From Candidatus Woesearchaeota archaeon (GTDB lineage: Archaea; Nanobdellota; Nanobdellia; SCGC-AAA011-G17; JACPIM01), in contig JACPNF010000077.1 in assembly GCA_016185635.1 (NCBI GenBank), forward strand, positions 1-43,174: 43,174 nucleotides of DNA. Direction: 5' to 3'. The notes below the pieces were generated by a model, which searched no databases, was not told where the DNA came from, and worked only from the letters and a program-made list of their open reading frames with translations. Positions 1 to 8,526 of the stretch are shown piece by piece. Numbering within the stretch: position 1 is the stretch's first letter; the number at the start of each line of letters is the position of its first letter. A program made the translations under genes and the position numbers.

Positions 1-174
1 AAATTCAGTTCCGCCGTTAACTCTCCTGAGAGCCAAGCTAGCTAAAGAAGCAGCGTAAACATCTGATGGTTTTTGTTCATTAAGCCATTTGTAAGCTACC
101 GAAATATTTGCAGCACTTGCACTTAAGGAAAATAAAACTATTAATAATGCCACAAAAATTATCTTCTTAAACAT
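1..174 (-). CDS. partial CDS (N-terminus only, continues past window start): exported protein of unknown function
   Basis: Reverse-strand ATG at 172-174 gives MFKKIIFVALLIVLFSLSASAANISVAYKW..., a signal-peptide-like N-terminus. The frame stays open to position 1. Confidence 0.4.
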   Translation of the reverse strand, partial: MFKKIIFVALLIVLFSLSASAANISVAYKWLNEQKPSDVYAASLASLALRRVNGGTEF

Positions 175-283
175 AATTACCTCTTTTGATACAAAAGAGT
201 AGTTAATAATTTATATACCTTTCTAAAGAAAAATTTATCAAAAATAAATAGGTTTATAAATAATTATAATAAAATAAGAGAAA

Positions 284-1024
284 ATGGAGAAAACAGTAAA
301 AATAACATTGATAATATCTTTGGCTGTATTGATATTAGTATTCGGAAGTCTTTTTTTTATTAAAGATATTTTATCTCCAGCATCATCAAACACAGTAACA
401 GCCTCAGGAGAATCAAAAATAACTGTTGTTCCTGACTTAACTTCAGTATATTTCTTTGTTGAAACAAAAGATGAAAGTGCTTCTAAAGCAAAGGACAAGA
501 ATAATATAATATTTAATAAGGTATTTGATAGTTTGGTAATTTCAGGCATAGATAAAAATGAAATAAAGACAGATCAGTTTTCTGTAAATGAAAACTGGGA
601 ATGGGATGGAGAAAAAAGCGTAAAAAAAGGTTTTGTAGCACAGCATTATGCTAAATTAAACTTAAAAAATTTTGATTGGGTAGGAAAAATAATTGATATA
701 ATTATTGATAATGGTGCCAGGATAAATTCAATAAACTTTGAGCTTTCCAAGGAAAAAGAAAATACTTACAAAGCAGAAGCCCTTAAATTAGCTTCAAAAG
801 ATGCAAAAGCCAAAGCTGAAGCAATTGCAAGTGGCCTGGGAAAAAATTTAGGAAAATTAGTTTCAGTTAGGTCAAGTGACTTTAATTATCAGCCGTGGCC
901 TATATTTACAAGAGAATCAGCTGGAATATCAGACAAGGCAATTGTAGAAAGTGCAGTAGCAGAAATAACACCATCAGATAAGGAAATCACAGCAACAGTC
1001 TCAGTAGAATACAAATTAAGTTAG
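284..1024 (+). CDS. SIMPL/DUF541-like membrane-anchored protein
   Basis: 246-aa ORF with an N-terminal TM helix. The body (VTASGESKITVVPD..., KAEALKLASKDAKAKAEAIASGLG) matches the pattern I recognise for SIMPL/DUF541 periplasmic immunogenic proteins. Confidence 0.65.
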   Translation: MEKTVKITLIISLAVLILVFGSLFFIKDILSPASSNTVTASGESKITVVPDLTSVYFFVETKDESASKAKDKNNIIFNKVFDSLVISGIDKNEIKTDQFSVNENWEWDGEKSVKKGFVAQHYAKLNLKNFDWVGKIIDIIIDNGARINSINFELSKEKENTYKAEALKLASKDAKAKAEAIASGLGKNLGKLVSVRSSDFNYQPWPIFTRESAGISDKAIVESAVAEITPSDKEITATVSVEYKLS

Positions 1025-1027
1025 ATA

Positions 1028-1603
1028 ATGTTAAAAGAATTAGCCAAGGGAAAAAGATCTGTAGTTTATTTATGCAAGTTTAATGGAAAGCTGGCAGTAA
1101 AAAAAGTTGAAAAAGAAAATATCCAAGCAGTTAACAGGATTAATAATGAAGTTTTCTGGCTTAAAAAAATAAATAAGTTTAAGATTGGTCCAAAATTATA
1201 TTCTTCTAAGAAAACTTACTTTATTTGTGAGTATATTAAAGGAAAAAACATTATTCCTTACTTGGAATCTGTTAAAAATCCAGGAAAAGTTATTCTCAAA
1301 GTTTTAAAGCAGTGCAGAATATTGGATAAATTAAAAGCAGATAAGAAAGAAATGACAAATCCATATAAACATATCATTGTAAGAAATAATAAACCGGTAA
1401 TGATTGATTTTGAAAGGACTAGATTTAGTGCAAAACCGCAGAATGTTACAGCTTTTTTCCAGTTTTTAACAAGTAAAAAAATACAGCAAACATTAAAGAA
1501 AAAACTAGAATTGAATAATCAAAAATTAATGCCTTTGCTGAAAGAATACAAGAAAACTTATTCTGAAAAGGATTTTAATGAATTGGTAAAAGAGCTGAAT
1601 TAG
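1028..1603 (+). CDS. small atypical protein kinase-fold protein (RIO/Bud32/COG2112-like)
   Basis: 191 aa. It has a degenerate G-loop GKRSVVY, LAVKK lysine, KHIIV...MIDFE (DFG-like) and KPQNVT, and starts 4 nt after the upstream gene. Confidence 0.5.
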   Translation: MLKELAKGKRSVVYLCKFNGKLAVKKVEKENIQAVNRINNEVFWLKKINKFKIGPKLYSSKKTYFICEYIKGKNIIPYLESVKNPGKVILKVLKQCRILDKLKADKKEMTNPYKHIIVRNNKPVMIDFERTRFSAKPQNVTAFFQFLTSKKIQQTLKKKLELNNQKLMPLLKEYKKTYSEKDFNELVKELN

Positions 1604-1956
1604 TGCTTAGTGTATCCACCTTTTTCTTCATATTCTTTATGGGTTTTATACACTTCCAGAATAATCTGCAGAATTTTAAACTCATCTTGGGAAGTATTGG
1701 TATAAAATGCACGAGCTTCTTTTGTTAGTTTAATCAAAAACAAATTTGTAATTCCATATTTTTCACAGAAGTATTTGTAAATTGGGAGTTTCTTTGAAAT
1801 TGGATTTCCTTTCCTTTTTGCTTTAAGAAAATTTATAGACTTTAATATCAAATAATAAAGTTCTTCATTTGTCTTATTTCCTTCTTTTAATTCTTTTTCA
1901 ATTTTAATCTTTATTTGGTGTAGATCCTTGCTTAAGCTAACTAAAAATTCCTTCAT
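1600..1956 (-). CDS. hypothetical protein (small, basic)
   Basis: 118-aa ORF with no competing ORF. It lies downstream of the 2034-2309 ORF on the same strand, possibly a two-gene cassette. Confidence 0.45.
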   Translation of the reverse strand: MKEFLVSLSKDLHQIKIKIEKELKEGNKTNEELYYLILKSINFLKAKRKGNPISKKLPIYKYFCEKYGITNLFLIKLTKEARAFYTNTSQDEFKILQIILEVYKTHKEYEEKGGYTKH

Positions 1957-2033
1957 AAGATAAAAAATAAAAACCTTAACTTTTTTAAGTATTTCTGTAG
2001 AAATCCCGAAAAGTTTTCGGAAAACAAGAATAG

Positions 2034-2309
2034 TTATACTATTGCTGCTTCTTTAATTAATTGGTTTAGTTTTTTATTATTAGCAAAAACCCATATTATT
2101 TTATCATCTTCAAACATAATCTTGTTTGACCTCTCTAAATAATCCAGTATTAGCTTAAAAGTCTGATACTGCATCTGCTTAGGAAGGCTTTTCCATAATT
2201 CCATTTTTGTAAGGTAATCTTTGCTGTTTTGAATAGTTTTTTCTACCATCAAGATAGAATCCAACCTAGGATAATGCAAAATAATCATTTCTTGTTTAGG
2301 TTTCATCAT
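2034..2309 (-). CDS. hypothetical small protein, possibly winged-helix
   Basis: 91-aa ORF. The wHTH guess comes only from its size and helix-rich pattern. Confidence 0.4.
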   Translation of the reverse strand: MMKPKQEMIILHYPRLDSILMVEKTIQNSKDYLTKMELWKSLPKQMQYQTFKLILDYLERSNKIMFEDDKIIWVFANNKKLNQLIKEAAIV

Positions 2310-2398
2310 TGTATATATCTATACAATTACTAATATATAAAATTTTTGTTTTTTAATTAGTACTGCAAAAGAGAATTTAAGAATCTAATAAAAGAAAT

Positions 2399-2842
2399 TT
2401 AGTCTATTTTACAATTAAACTTCTCAGCAGCTACTCTAAACATTTCATAAGTTTCATCAAAATTTTGACCCTGAACTGTAAAACTAGAAATGTAATGATA
2501 ATCTAAATAAATCCTACCTAACTTAATGCCTTCTGGTAAACCTATCTCTTTTTTAATATCTTCCATAATTTTCTTTAGTTTAACATTATCAACATCTGGA
2601 GCAAAAATACCATTTTCTATTAATTTTTTAGAGACTACTGTACTCAAATAATGTTTTCCTACCTTTAAAAATTGAGGAGATATCAAATTAAAAGAATATA
2701 AACCATCTTTCTTATCAAAAGTCACCACAAATTCAGAACCTGTTTGAGCTTGTTTAATAGCCTGCAAATGTTCTCCTGAAAGGATTTTTTTTTCAAATCC
2801 TTCTCTTTCAAATTTTTCAACTGCTTGCTCCAAGGTATCCAT
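2399..2842 (-). CDS. hypothetical protein, paralog A of 3427-3945
   Basis: The track ORF runs 2399-2869; the likely true start is MDTLEQAVEKFEREGFEK at 2842. It shares N-terminal (MDTLE.A...F.E.GFEK) and C-terminal (ETYE.F...AE....KID) blocks with 3427-3945. Confidence 0.6.
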   Translation of the reverse strand: MDTLEQAVEKFEREGFEKKILSGEHLQAIKQAQTGSEFVVTFDKKDGLYSFNLISPQFLKVGKHYLSTVVSKKLIENGIFAPDVDNVKLKKIMEDIKKEIGLPEGIKLGRIYLDYHYISSFTVQGQNFDETYEMFRVAAEKFNCKID

Positions 2843-2898
2843 TTTAATCAACCATAAACTCCAAAACATAGTTTTTAAGTCTTTCCATAAGAGAAAAG

Positions 2899-2919
2899 TT
2901 TAAATAATCTACAATTGTA
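2899..2919 (+). promoter_or_regulatory. TATA-like box plus 10-bp palindrome upstream of the antitoxin gene
   Basis: TTTAAATAA lies at 2899-2907, about 28 nt before the ATG at 2931 (leaderless geometry). The perfect palindrome TACAATTGTA at 2910-2919 lies between box and start, a plausible autoregulatory operator. Confidence 0.35.
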
Positions 2920-2930
2920 TACATAAGTAT

Positions 2931-3167
2931 ATGGAAACAACAATTAGGATAAAACAAGGTACTAAAGAAGAACTTGACAAGTATAGGCAATATAAAAATG
3001 AAAGTTATAATGAGGTAATCGGAAAAATTCTGTATATAATTAAAGTTTCCGAAAAGAATCCGAAATTAAGTAAAAAAACAATTAAGGAAATAAAAGAAGC
3101 TAGAGAAAGAATTAAAAAAGGTGAGTATTATACTGAGGAAGAATCTAAAAAAATACTTGGCCTTTAG
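2931..3167 (+). CDS. type II antitoxin (RelB/CopG-like)
   Basis: 78-aa ORF directly abutting a RelE/ParE toxin (stop 3165-3167, toxin ATG 3169). The C-terminal KKGEYYTEEESKKILGL is typical of archaeal antitoxins. Confidence 0.6.
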   Translation: METTIRIKQGTKEELDKYRQYKNESYNEVIGKILYIIKVSEKNPKLSKKTIKEIKEARERIKKGEYYTEEESKKILGL

Positions 3168-3168
3168 G

Positions 3169-3417
3169 ATGTATAAACTAATTTTTGAAAAAAGAGCTTT
3201 AAAAGACTTAGATAAATTTGAAAAGCATATAAAAGAAAGAATTTGGAACAAGCTTCAAGAATGCAAGGAAAATCCATTTAGATTTTTAGAGCCGTTAATT
3301 GAAATTGAAGGATTTAAATTAAGGCTAGGAGATTATAGACTTATAATTGATATTGATAAAGAAATAAAGATATTAAAAGTTATAAAAGTAGGTCATAGAA
3401 AAAATATTTATGATTAA
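3169..3417 (+). CDS. RelE/ParE-family type II toxin
   Basis: From the internal ATG at 3169: MYKLIFEKRALKDLDKF...NPF...FKLRLGDYRLIIDID..IKILKVIKVGHRKNIYD, the canonical RelE/StbE signature. Confidence 0.8.
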   Translation: MYKLIFEKRALKDLDKFEKHIKERIWNKLQECKENPFRFLEPLIEIEGFKLRLGDYRLIIDIDKEIKILKVIKVGHRKNIYD

Positions 3418-3426
3418 TTAAAAATC

Positions 3427-3945
3427 TTAGTCTATTTTATAACCAAGCCTTTCAGCAGTTAATTTGAATTTTTCATAAGTTTCTCTAAAGTCTTTTCCCT
3501 TTGCATAAACAAGTAAATTAAAAGCAATCGCAAGTTTAGGAATACCTAAATCTACATCTTCAGGCAATTCTAAGCTTCTTTTAAATTCATCCAAAATTTG
3601 TTTAATTCCATCATTTATTCCGCTTTCAGCAATTAACCTCTCAACCCTGTCTTTTATGTCATCTTGAACTTTTTTTGGTTTTGGAGAATCAGCAACTATT
3701 GAATCCATAATCCTGAAAGTATAAGTTCCTGGCTCAAGTGGAATATATCTGTTTGGTCCTTTTATAAAATGCCCTATAACATTAAAATTACTTGGAGATA
3801 AATGTAAACCATGTATAATTACATCTTCTATTCTACCTTCTGATAAATTTAATTCTTTAAAAAAAACGATATGGCTGTCATACTCAAAAGTTTTTTCAAA
3901 TCCTTTTTCCCAAAAATTTATTAAAGCCTTTTCCAGAGTATCCAT
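3427..3945 (-). CDS. hypothetical protein, paralog B of 2399-2842
   Basis: 172-aa ORF whose shared terminal blocks with 2399-2842 can be aligned by eye. Confidence 0.6.
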   Translation of the reverse strand: MDTLEKALINFWEKGFEKTFEYDSHIVFFKELNLSEGRIEDVIIHGLHLSPSNFNVIGHFIKGPNRYIPLEPGTYTFRIMDSIVADSPKPKKVQDDIKDRVERLIAESGINDGIKQILDEFKRSLELPEDVDLGIPKLAIAFNLLVYAKGKDFRETYEKFKLTAERLGYKID

Positions 3946-3976
3946 AATTATTTAAAAGAAAATAAGTTTATTAATT

Positions 3977-4479
3977 TTGTTAAAAATGGATCCAAACAAA
4001 GCTCATTACGTTACTGCAACAGCCATTATAATAAAAGATGGAAAATTTCTTATAACTAAAAGATCTCCAAATGAAAAGGCATTTCCAAACTTGTGGACAG
4101 TTCCAGGCGGAAAATTAGAGCAAAAAGATTATATAAACAAACAAAAAGATACAAAAGACTGCTGGTATAATGCAATAGAAAACCTGCTTAAAAGAGAAGT
4201 AAAAGAGGAAACAAACTTAGAGATAAAAAACATAAAAATATCTTACAAGCCTGGTTTTCATAAGGCCTGACAACATTCCTGTTGTTGTTCTTAGCTTTTT
4301 TGCAAACCATCATAAAAGTAATATAAAACTTTCTTCAGAATTGACAGAATATGCATGGGTTACATTAGAAGAAGCTAAAAATTATGACTTAATTAGTGGT
4401 TTATGAAGAGCTTGAAATGTTAGATAATCATTTGAATAGAAATGTTCAAAAAGAATGGAAGAAAGATAAAAATGCTTAA
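3977..4479 (+). pseudogene. NUDIX hydrolase gene disrupted by two +1 frameshifts
   Basis: Frame 1 (3977-4270) carries Nudix box elements (PGGKLE...REVKEETNLEI) and stops at 4268. Frame 2 continues from 4236 (KYLTSLVFIRPDNIPVVVLSFFANHH...YAWVTLEEAKNYDLISGL) and stops at 4404. Frame 3 runs from 4402 (YEELEMLDNHL...KDKNA) to 4479. The shifts sit at an A5 run (4234-4238) and near the T3 run at 4400-4402. Confidence 0.7.
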
Positions 4480-4503
4480 AAAGGCCACATTACAAAAATT
4501 ATT

Positions 4504-5691
4504 ATGGATATTTCAGTCTCAGGTCATACAGAAAAAATCAAATATGCAGTTAGAAACATTGCAAGAAGAGCTAAAGAACTTGAAAAGCAGGGAAAAAGAA
4601 TTCTTTATCTGAATATAGGGGATCCTGCAAAATATGATTTTAAGGTTCCAGGGCATATCGTCAATGCTCATTGTGAGGCTATTTGTGCTGATAAAAATTA
4701 TTACGGCTTTTCTTCAGGAGTAGATGAAGCAAGAGAAGCAATTGCAAAGGATTGTAGGAAAAAAGGTTTCAAAAACCTTAGCTTAGAAAATATAATAATA
4801 ACAACTGGAATAAGCGAAGGTATTGATATCTTATTAAATGTTTTGCTTAATCCTGGTGATAATATCTTAGCCCCTTCTCCAAATTATCCTTTATATGATA
4901 TAGTAGCTAATAAAATAGGGGCTCAAGTTGTTCCTTATTATTTAGACGAAGAAAATGAATGGCAACCAGATATAAGAGATATGAAAAGAAAAATTAATGA
5001 CAGAACAAAAGCTATCCTTGTTATTAATCCAAACAACCCAACTGGGGCAGTATATAAAAAAGAAACTTTGCAGCAGATAATAGAATTGGCTGCAGAAAGA
5101 AAAGTCCCCATTATATCTGATGAGATTTATGATAAGCTTCTTTTTGATGAAGAAATCCATATTCCATTAGCTTCGATGACTGATGAAATTCCAGTGATTA
5201 CATTTAACGGCTTGTCAAAAAACTATCTTGCGCCTGGTTGGAGAATAGGGTGGATTATTGAAAGCAACATAAATCCCAGAAGTCAGTTTGCAGCTACAAT
5301 GAGCAATATGGTTGATGCACGTCTTTCAAGCCCTACACCAGCGCAATTTGCAATTAAAGCAGCCCTTGAAGGTTCACAGGATAATTTGGCAAGCACAATC
5401 AGTAAAATGCAGGAAAGAAGGAATATTGCTTATGAAAGGCTGAATAAACTTAATGGAATAAGTTGTGTAAAGCCAAAGGGAGCTTTTTATGCTTTTCCAA
5501 GAATAAACTCTGATAAATATGGTACTGATGAAGAATTTGCTTTAGGTTTATTGCAAAATGAAGGGGTTGTAGTTGTTCATGGAAGTGGTTTTGGCCAGAA
5601 GCCTGGAACAAAACATTTTCGTTTGGTTTTCCTGCCAAAGCCTGATATTTTGCATGAAGCCTTTGACAGAATTGAAAGATTTGTAGCTTGA
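4504..5691 (+). CDS. PLP-dependent class I/II aminotransferase (alanine/aspartate aminotransferase-like)
   Basis: 395 aa with LNIGDPAKYDF, NPNNPTG and the SKNYLAPGWRIG lysine motif. Confidence 0.85.
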   Translation: MDISVSGHTEKIKYAVRNIARRAKELEKQGKRILYLNIGDPAKYDFKVPGHIVNAHCEAICADKNYYGFSSGVDEAREAIAKDCRKKGFKNLSLENIIITTGISEGIDILLNVLLNPGDNILAPSPNYPLYDIVANKIGAQVVPYYLDEENEWQPDIRDMKRKINDRTKAILVINPNNPTGAVYKKETLQQIIELAAERKVPIISDEIYDKLLFDEEIHIPLASMTDEIPVITFNGLSKNYLAPGWRIGWIIESNINPRSQFAATMSNMVDARLSSPTPAQFAIKAALEGSQDNLASTISKMQERRNIAYERLNKLNGISCVKPKGAFYAFPRINSDKYGTDEEFALGLLQNEGVVVVHGSGFGQKPGTKHFRLVFLPKPDILHEAFDRIERFVA

Positions 5692-5710
5692 TGACGAATA
5701 TGACAAAAAG

Positions 5711-5995
5711 TCAGATAGTTAAATAATCATTAATAATTTTCTTTGTATCTTCTAAAGAAACCTTTCTGAAAATAATCCCTTCAGGATAAATAGCAATTGT
5801 AGGCCCAAAATTGCAGTGCCCTAAACATTTGGTTTTTGTGACATTAAACAATCCCATTAAGCCCTTAGAATTAATATGCTCTCTTAAAATTCTTAAAATC
5901 TCATGTCCTTCCTTTCTTCCGCAGCTTTCTCCTTCATCCCTTTCATTAATGCATACAAATATATGTCTTTTATATTTTAATTCTATTTGCTCCAT
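5711..5995 (-). CDS. thioredoxin-like [2Fe-2S] ferredoxin
   Basis: 94 aa with HIFVCINER..CG...KTKCLGHCNFGP..IYPEGI, the Cys pattern of (2Fe-2S) ferredoxin-domain proteins. Confidence 0.65.
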   Translation of the reverse strand: MEQIELKYKRHIFVCINERDEGESCGRKEGHEILRILREHINSKGLMGLFNVTKTKCLGHCNFGPTIAIYPEGIIFRKVSLEDTKKIINDYLTI

Positions 5996-6033
5996 GAAAG
6001 TATAGGAAAGAAAAGATTTAATTAAATTTCTAT

Positions 6034-6393
6034 ATGCTCAAAAATATGGAAAATAAAAAAGTGCACTGGAATTCAGCTATACTGACAATAAATCCAAAAG
6101 AAATCCAAAAACATGATGGGACTATAATCAGAACTTTATTTGATGATGTAAAAAAAGTTCTTTTAGTAGATGTTATAAGAGAACTTGATTCTTTAGAAAG
6201 AAAGATTACATTTAGTCATTATCCTGAAGAATGTCATGAAAATGTTCAAGAATTAAACCCTGATGAGATGCCCCAGCCCATCAAGGATTTATATCAGGAT
6301 TTTGAAGTTAAGGAAGCTTCAGAACTTGTTGGAAGAAAGATTGTTGGTTTATATTTCTATAATAGTCTTGTAGGGATTAGAAAAATAGAATAA
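6034..6393 (+). CDS. hypothetical protein
   Basis: 119-aa ORF with no recognisable motif. Confidence 0.4.
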   Translation: MLKNMENKKVHWNSAILTINPKEIQKHDGTIIRTLFDDVKKVLLVDVIRELDSLERKITFSHYPEECHENVQELNPDEMPQPIKDLYQDFEVKEASELVGRKIVGLYFYNSLVGIRKIE

Positions 6394-6405
6394 TTTTTTT
6401 CTTTG

Positions 6406-6533
6406 GTACGTGTTTAGCTCCTAAAATCTATTTTTGTTCTATAAAACTTACCTATGCATTTTAAATTTTGTGAAAAAATTTGACCCATCAAAAACCTCAT
6501 ATTTTGTATTTCTGAGATGAGCTAAACACATAC
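6406..6533. mobile_element. candidate 128-bp MITE-like insertion
   Basis: 15-bp terminal inverted repeats (GTACGTGTTTAGCTC at 6406-6420, GAGCTAAACACATAC at 6519-6533; 14/15 complementary) are flanked directly by the 8-bp direct repeat TTTCTTTG (6398-6405 and 6534-6541). Confidence 0.4.
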
Positions 6534-6592
6534 TTTCTTTGATAAGATTTATATACCTTTTCAGCCTTATTTAACCATAAAGAGGTGATATA

Positions 6593-6790
6593 ATGGCTAA
6601 GAAACAAAATTGGGATTTGGTGGCACTTGTTTTAGTAATTGTAGGTGGTCTTAATTGGGGGCTTGTAGGTTTATTTGATTTTGACCTTGTAGCTGTAGTA
6701 TTAGGGGCAGTGCCAGTTGTTCAAAGGCTTGTATACGTGTTAGTAGGGCTTTCTGCAGCATATATGTTATATTCAGCAGTTAAGAAGTAA
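6593..6790 (+). CDS. DUF378-family small membrane protein
   Basis: 65 aa with VGGLNWGLVGLFDFDLVA.. and two TM helices. A strong SD-like AAGAGGTGAT lies 5 nt upstream of the ATG. Confidence 0.7.
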   Translation: MAKKQNWDLVALVLVIVGGLNWGLVGLFDFDLVAVVLGAVPVVQRLVYVLVGLSAAYMLYSAVKK

Positions 6791-6792
6791 AC

Positions 6793-8097
6793 CTATTTCT
6801 TTTTTATTTTTTTCATGACATTCTGCATAGGGTTTTTTATTCCCCTGCAGAAAAAGTCAGGCTGGCATACAGCCATACTTTTATAGTAACTAACATTATC
6901 ACAGTTAGGTGGAAGAATTTCCTCTTTTTGTCTTTTGCTCCAGTTGACCTGTGATTTTATGTAACCTTCTCTTAAAGGCTCATAATTTAACTTGTTCCAC
7001 TCAAGCAGTCTTCTTTCAATCTCATTAAAATCCCAACCCATTTTTCTTAAGAAATTAATTAAGATAAAAACAGACCTTTTCCTACCATCTTCTTTTGAAC
7101 CTTTTAGCAGTAGATGCATGCACGGCGGAAATAATTCCTCATTAATAGCTGTTGTAGGTAGTTCATATTCTCTCTTTTCTCTAAGAGAATTAGTTTCATT
7201 GCTTATTTGTTTTTTAAAGTCTTCTTTTATTATTTTTTTAGAATTTTCATCAAAAGCCTCAATAAGAAGAGCAGAAGCATCCTTTTCTTTCCCTTTATAT
7301 TCCAAGAAACCCATATTGACATTGACTTTGTCTATTGAAGCATTTTCTTTATTAAACTTTAAGACCCCAGCTAATTCAATTGGAATGCTTACAAGACCGC
7401 TTTTCTCATTAAGGCTGTAAACAGACCTGAATAAATGCCTGCTGGAAATTAAGACAGAATCAATTTCAATAACAGAATAAGGATTAAATTCATCATTTTC
7501 TTTTAAGTCTTCTTCTATTTTGTTTAATTTCTCTGCAAGCTCCTTTAGCTTGAAGTTATCAAGTATCTTGTCTCTTAAGTAATCTTTAATTGAATTTTTT
7601 ATATAAGAGTTGACAATTCTTACACCTTCAGGAAACCAAGACTTAATGTCTCTGTTATGGACATTATCTGGAAAGCTTTCAAAAGGTATGCCAATATGCA
7701 TTCCATTGTTTCCTGAAAATTTTAAAGAGATGTTTTTTACATCCTTGTATTTTAAAAATTCTATTATCAAATTTGCGCATATCTTGGAAACCTCGAATAT
7801 TTTTGTATCCAAATCAATAATTAAATCAAATCCTGTCCTTAATTCATCAAGCTGTTTCTGGGTCATGCCTGTTTTTAATTTTAAAGGATCATTAAATCGT
7901 TCAAGGGAAACATGAAAAGAGGTTGCTCCCTGCTTTGCAAGCTCTAAAATATCATTTTCATATTCAAGAACATCAGGCCGTTTTCCAAATCCCTTTTCTC
8001 CGAATTTTACTGCAATTTCCCTGTTTCTTGCAAGGTGAAATATCTCTTTTTGCACATCTTTCCTGCTGTAGAATTTTAATATATTATAGTCTATCAA
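6793..8097 (-). CDS. DNA primase, single-chain PriS catalytic domain fused to PriL-like Fe-S domain
   Basis: 434 aa. The N-half has AEP motifs DLIIDLD and SGNNGMHIGIPF. The C-half has FPPCMHLLLKG...GRKRSVFILINFLRKMGW plus Cys in PPNC, AVCQP and FFCRG (4 Cys, PriL C-terminal-domain-like). Confidence 0.7.
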   Translation of the reverse strand: MIDYNILKFYSRKDVQKEIFHLARNREIAVKFGEKGFGKRPDVLEYENDILELAKQGATSFHVSLERFNDPLKLKTGMTQKQLDELRTGFDLIIDLDTKIFEVSKICANLIIEFLKYKDVKNISLKFSGNNGMHIGIPFESFPDNVHNRDIKSWFPEGVRIVNSYIKNSIKDYLRDKILDNFKLKELAEKLNKIEEDLKENDEFNPYSVIEIDSVLISSRHLFRSVYSLNEKSGLVSIPIELAGVLKFNKENASIDKVNVNMGFLEYKGKEKDASALLIEAFDENSKKIIKEDFKKQISNETNSLREKREYELPTTAINEELFPPCMHLLLKGSKEDGRKRSVFILINFLRKMGWDFNEIERRLLEWNKLNYEPLREGYIKSQVNWSKRQKEEILPPNCDNVSYYKSMAVCQPDFFCRGIKNPMQNVMKKIKKK

Positions 8098-8201
8098 TTT
8101 TCCCCCCTAAGATATTAAAAAATAATCTTATTTATAAGAATTATTATAGGATTATTTAACTATGCACATACCATAGGATAGTTGCAATTCTTAGGTTTGC
8201 T

Positions 8202-8489
8202 CTAGACTTTTTCTAATCTGGATATTGTAAATGCATCGTTTTGTCGATATTTATCCCTTAATCTTTTCAGAACTTCTTCATCAAAAGTTGATAAATACCA
8301 TTTTTGTCCGCTAAAACCTGTAATATCATGCTCCCCAGAAGATGCTATGCAATTGTAAAATACTCCGTTTTCACCAAGAAAATCTTCTAAATCTTTACCT
8401 CTTCTTTCAAACTCGCGTGGTCCCTCTGGCCCTCTAATTAGACCAGGACTTAAATTAATTCCAATAAGATATCTTTGTTTTTCTGTCAT
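8202..8489 (-). CDS. hypothetical protein
   Basis: 95-aa ORF with no motif recognised. Confidence 0.4.
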   Translation of the reverse strand: MTEKQRYLIGINLSPGLIRGPEGPREFERRGKDLEDFLGENGVFYNCIASSGEHDITGFSGQKWYLSTFDEEVLKRLRDKYRQNDAFTISRLEKV

Positions 8490-8526
8490 AACTATAAAGT
8501 AGTTTCAATATTTATAAACTTTTGCA

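Noticed and set aside
2843-2869. N-terminal extension MFWSLWLIK of ORF 2399-2869
   Set aside because: The paralog 3427-3945 begins exactly at the homologous MDTLE, so the internal ATG at 2842 is the more likely start.
3977-4479. Programmed ribosomal frameshifting in the NUDIX gene
   Set aside because: Two separate +1 shifts are required, with no recognisable slippery heptamer or stimulatory structure. Pseudogene or sequencing error is the simpler explanation.
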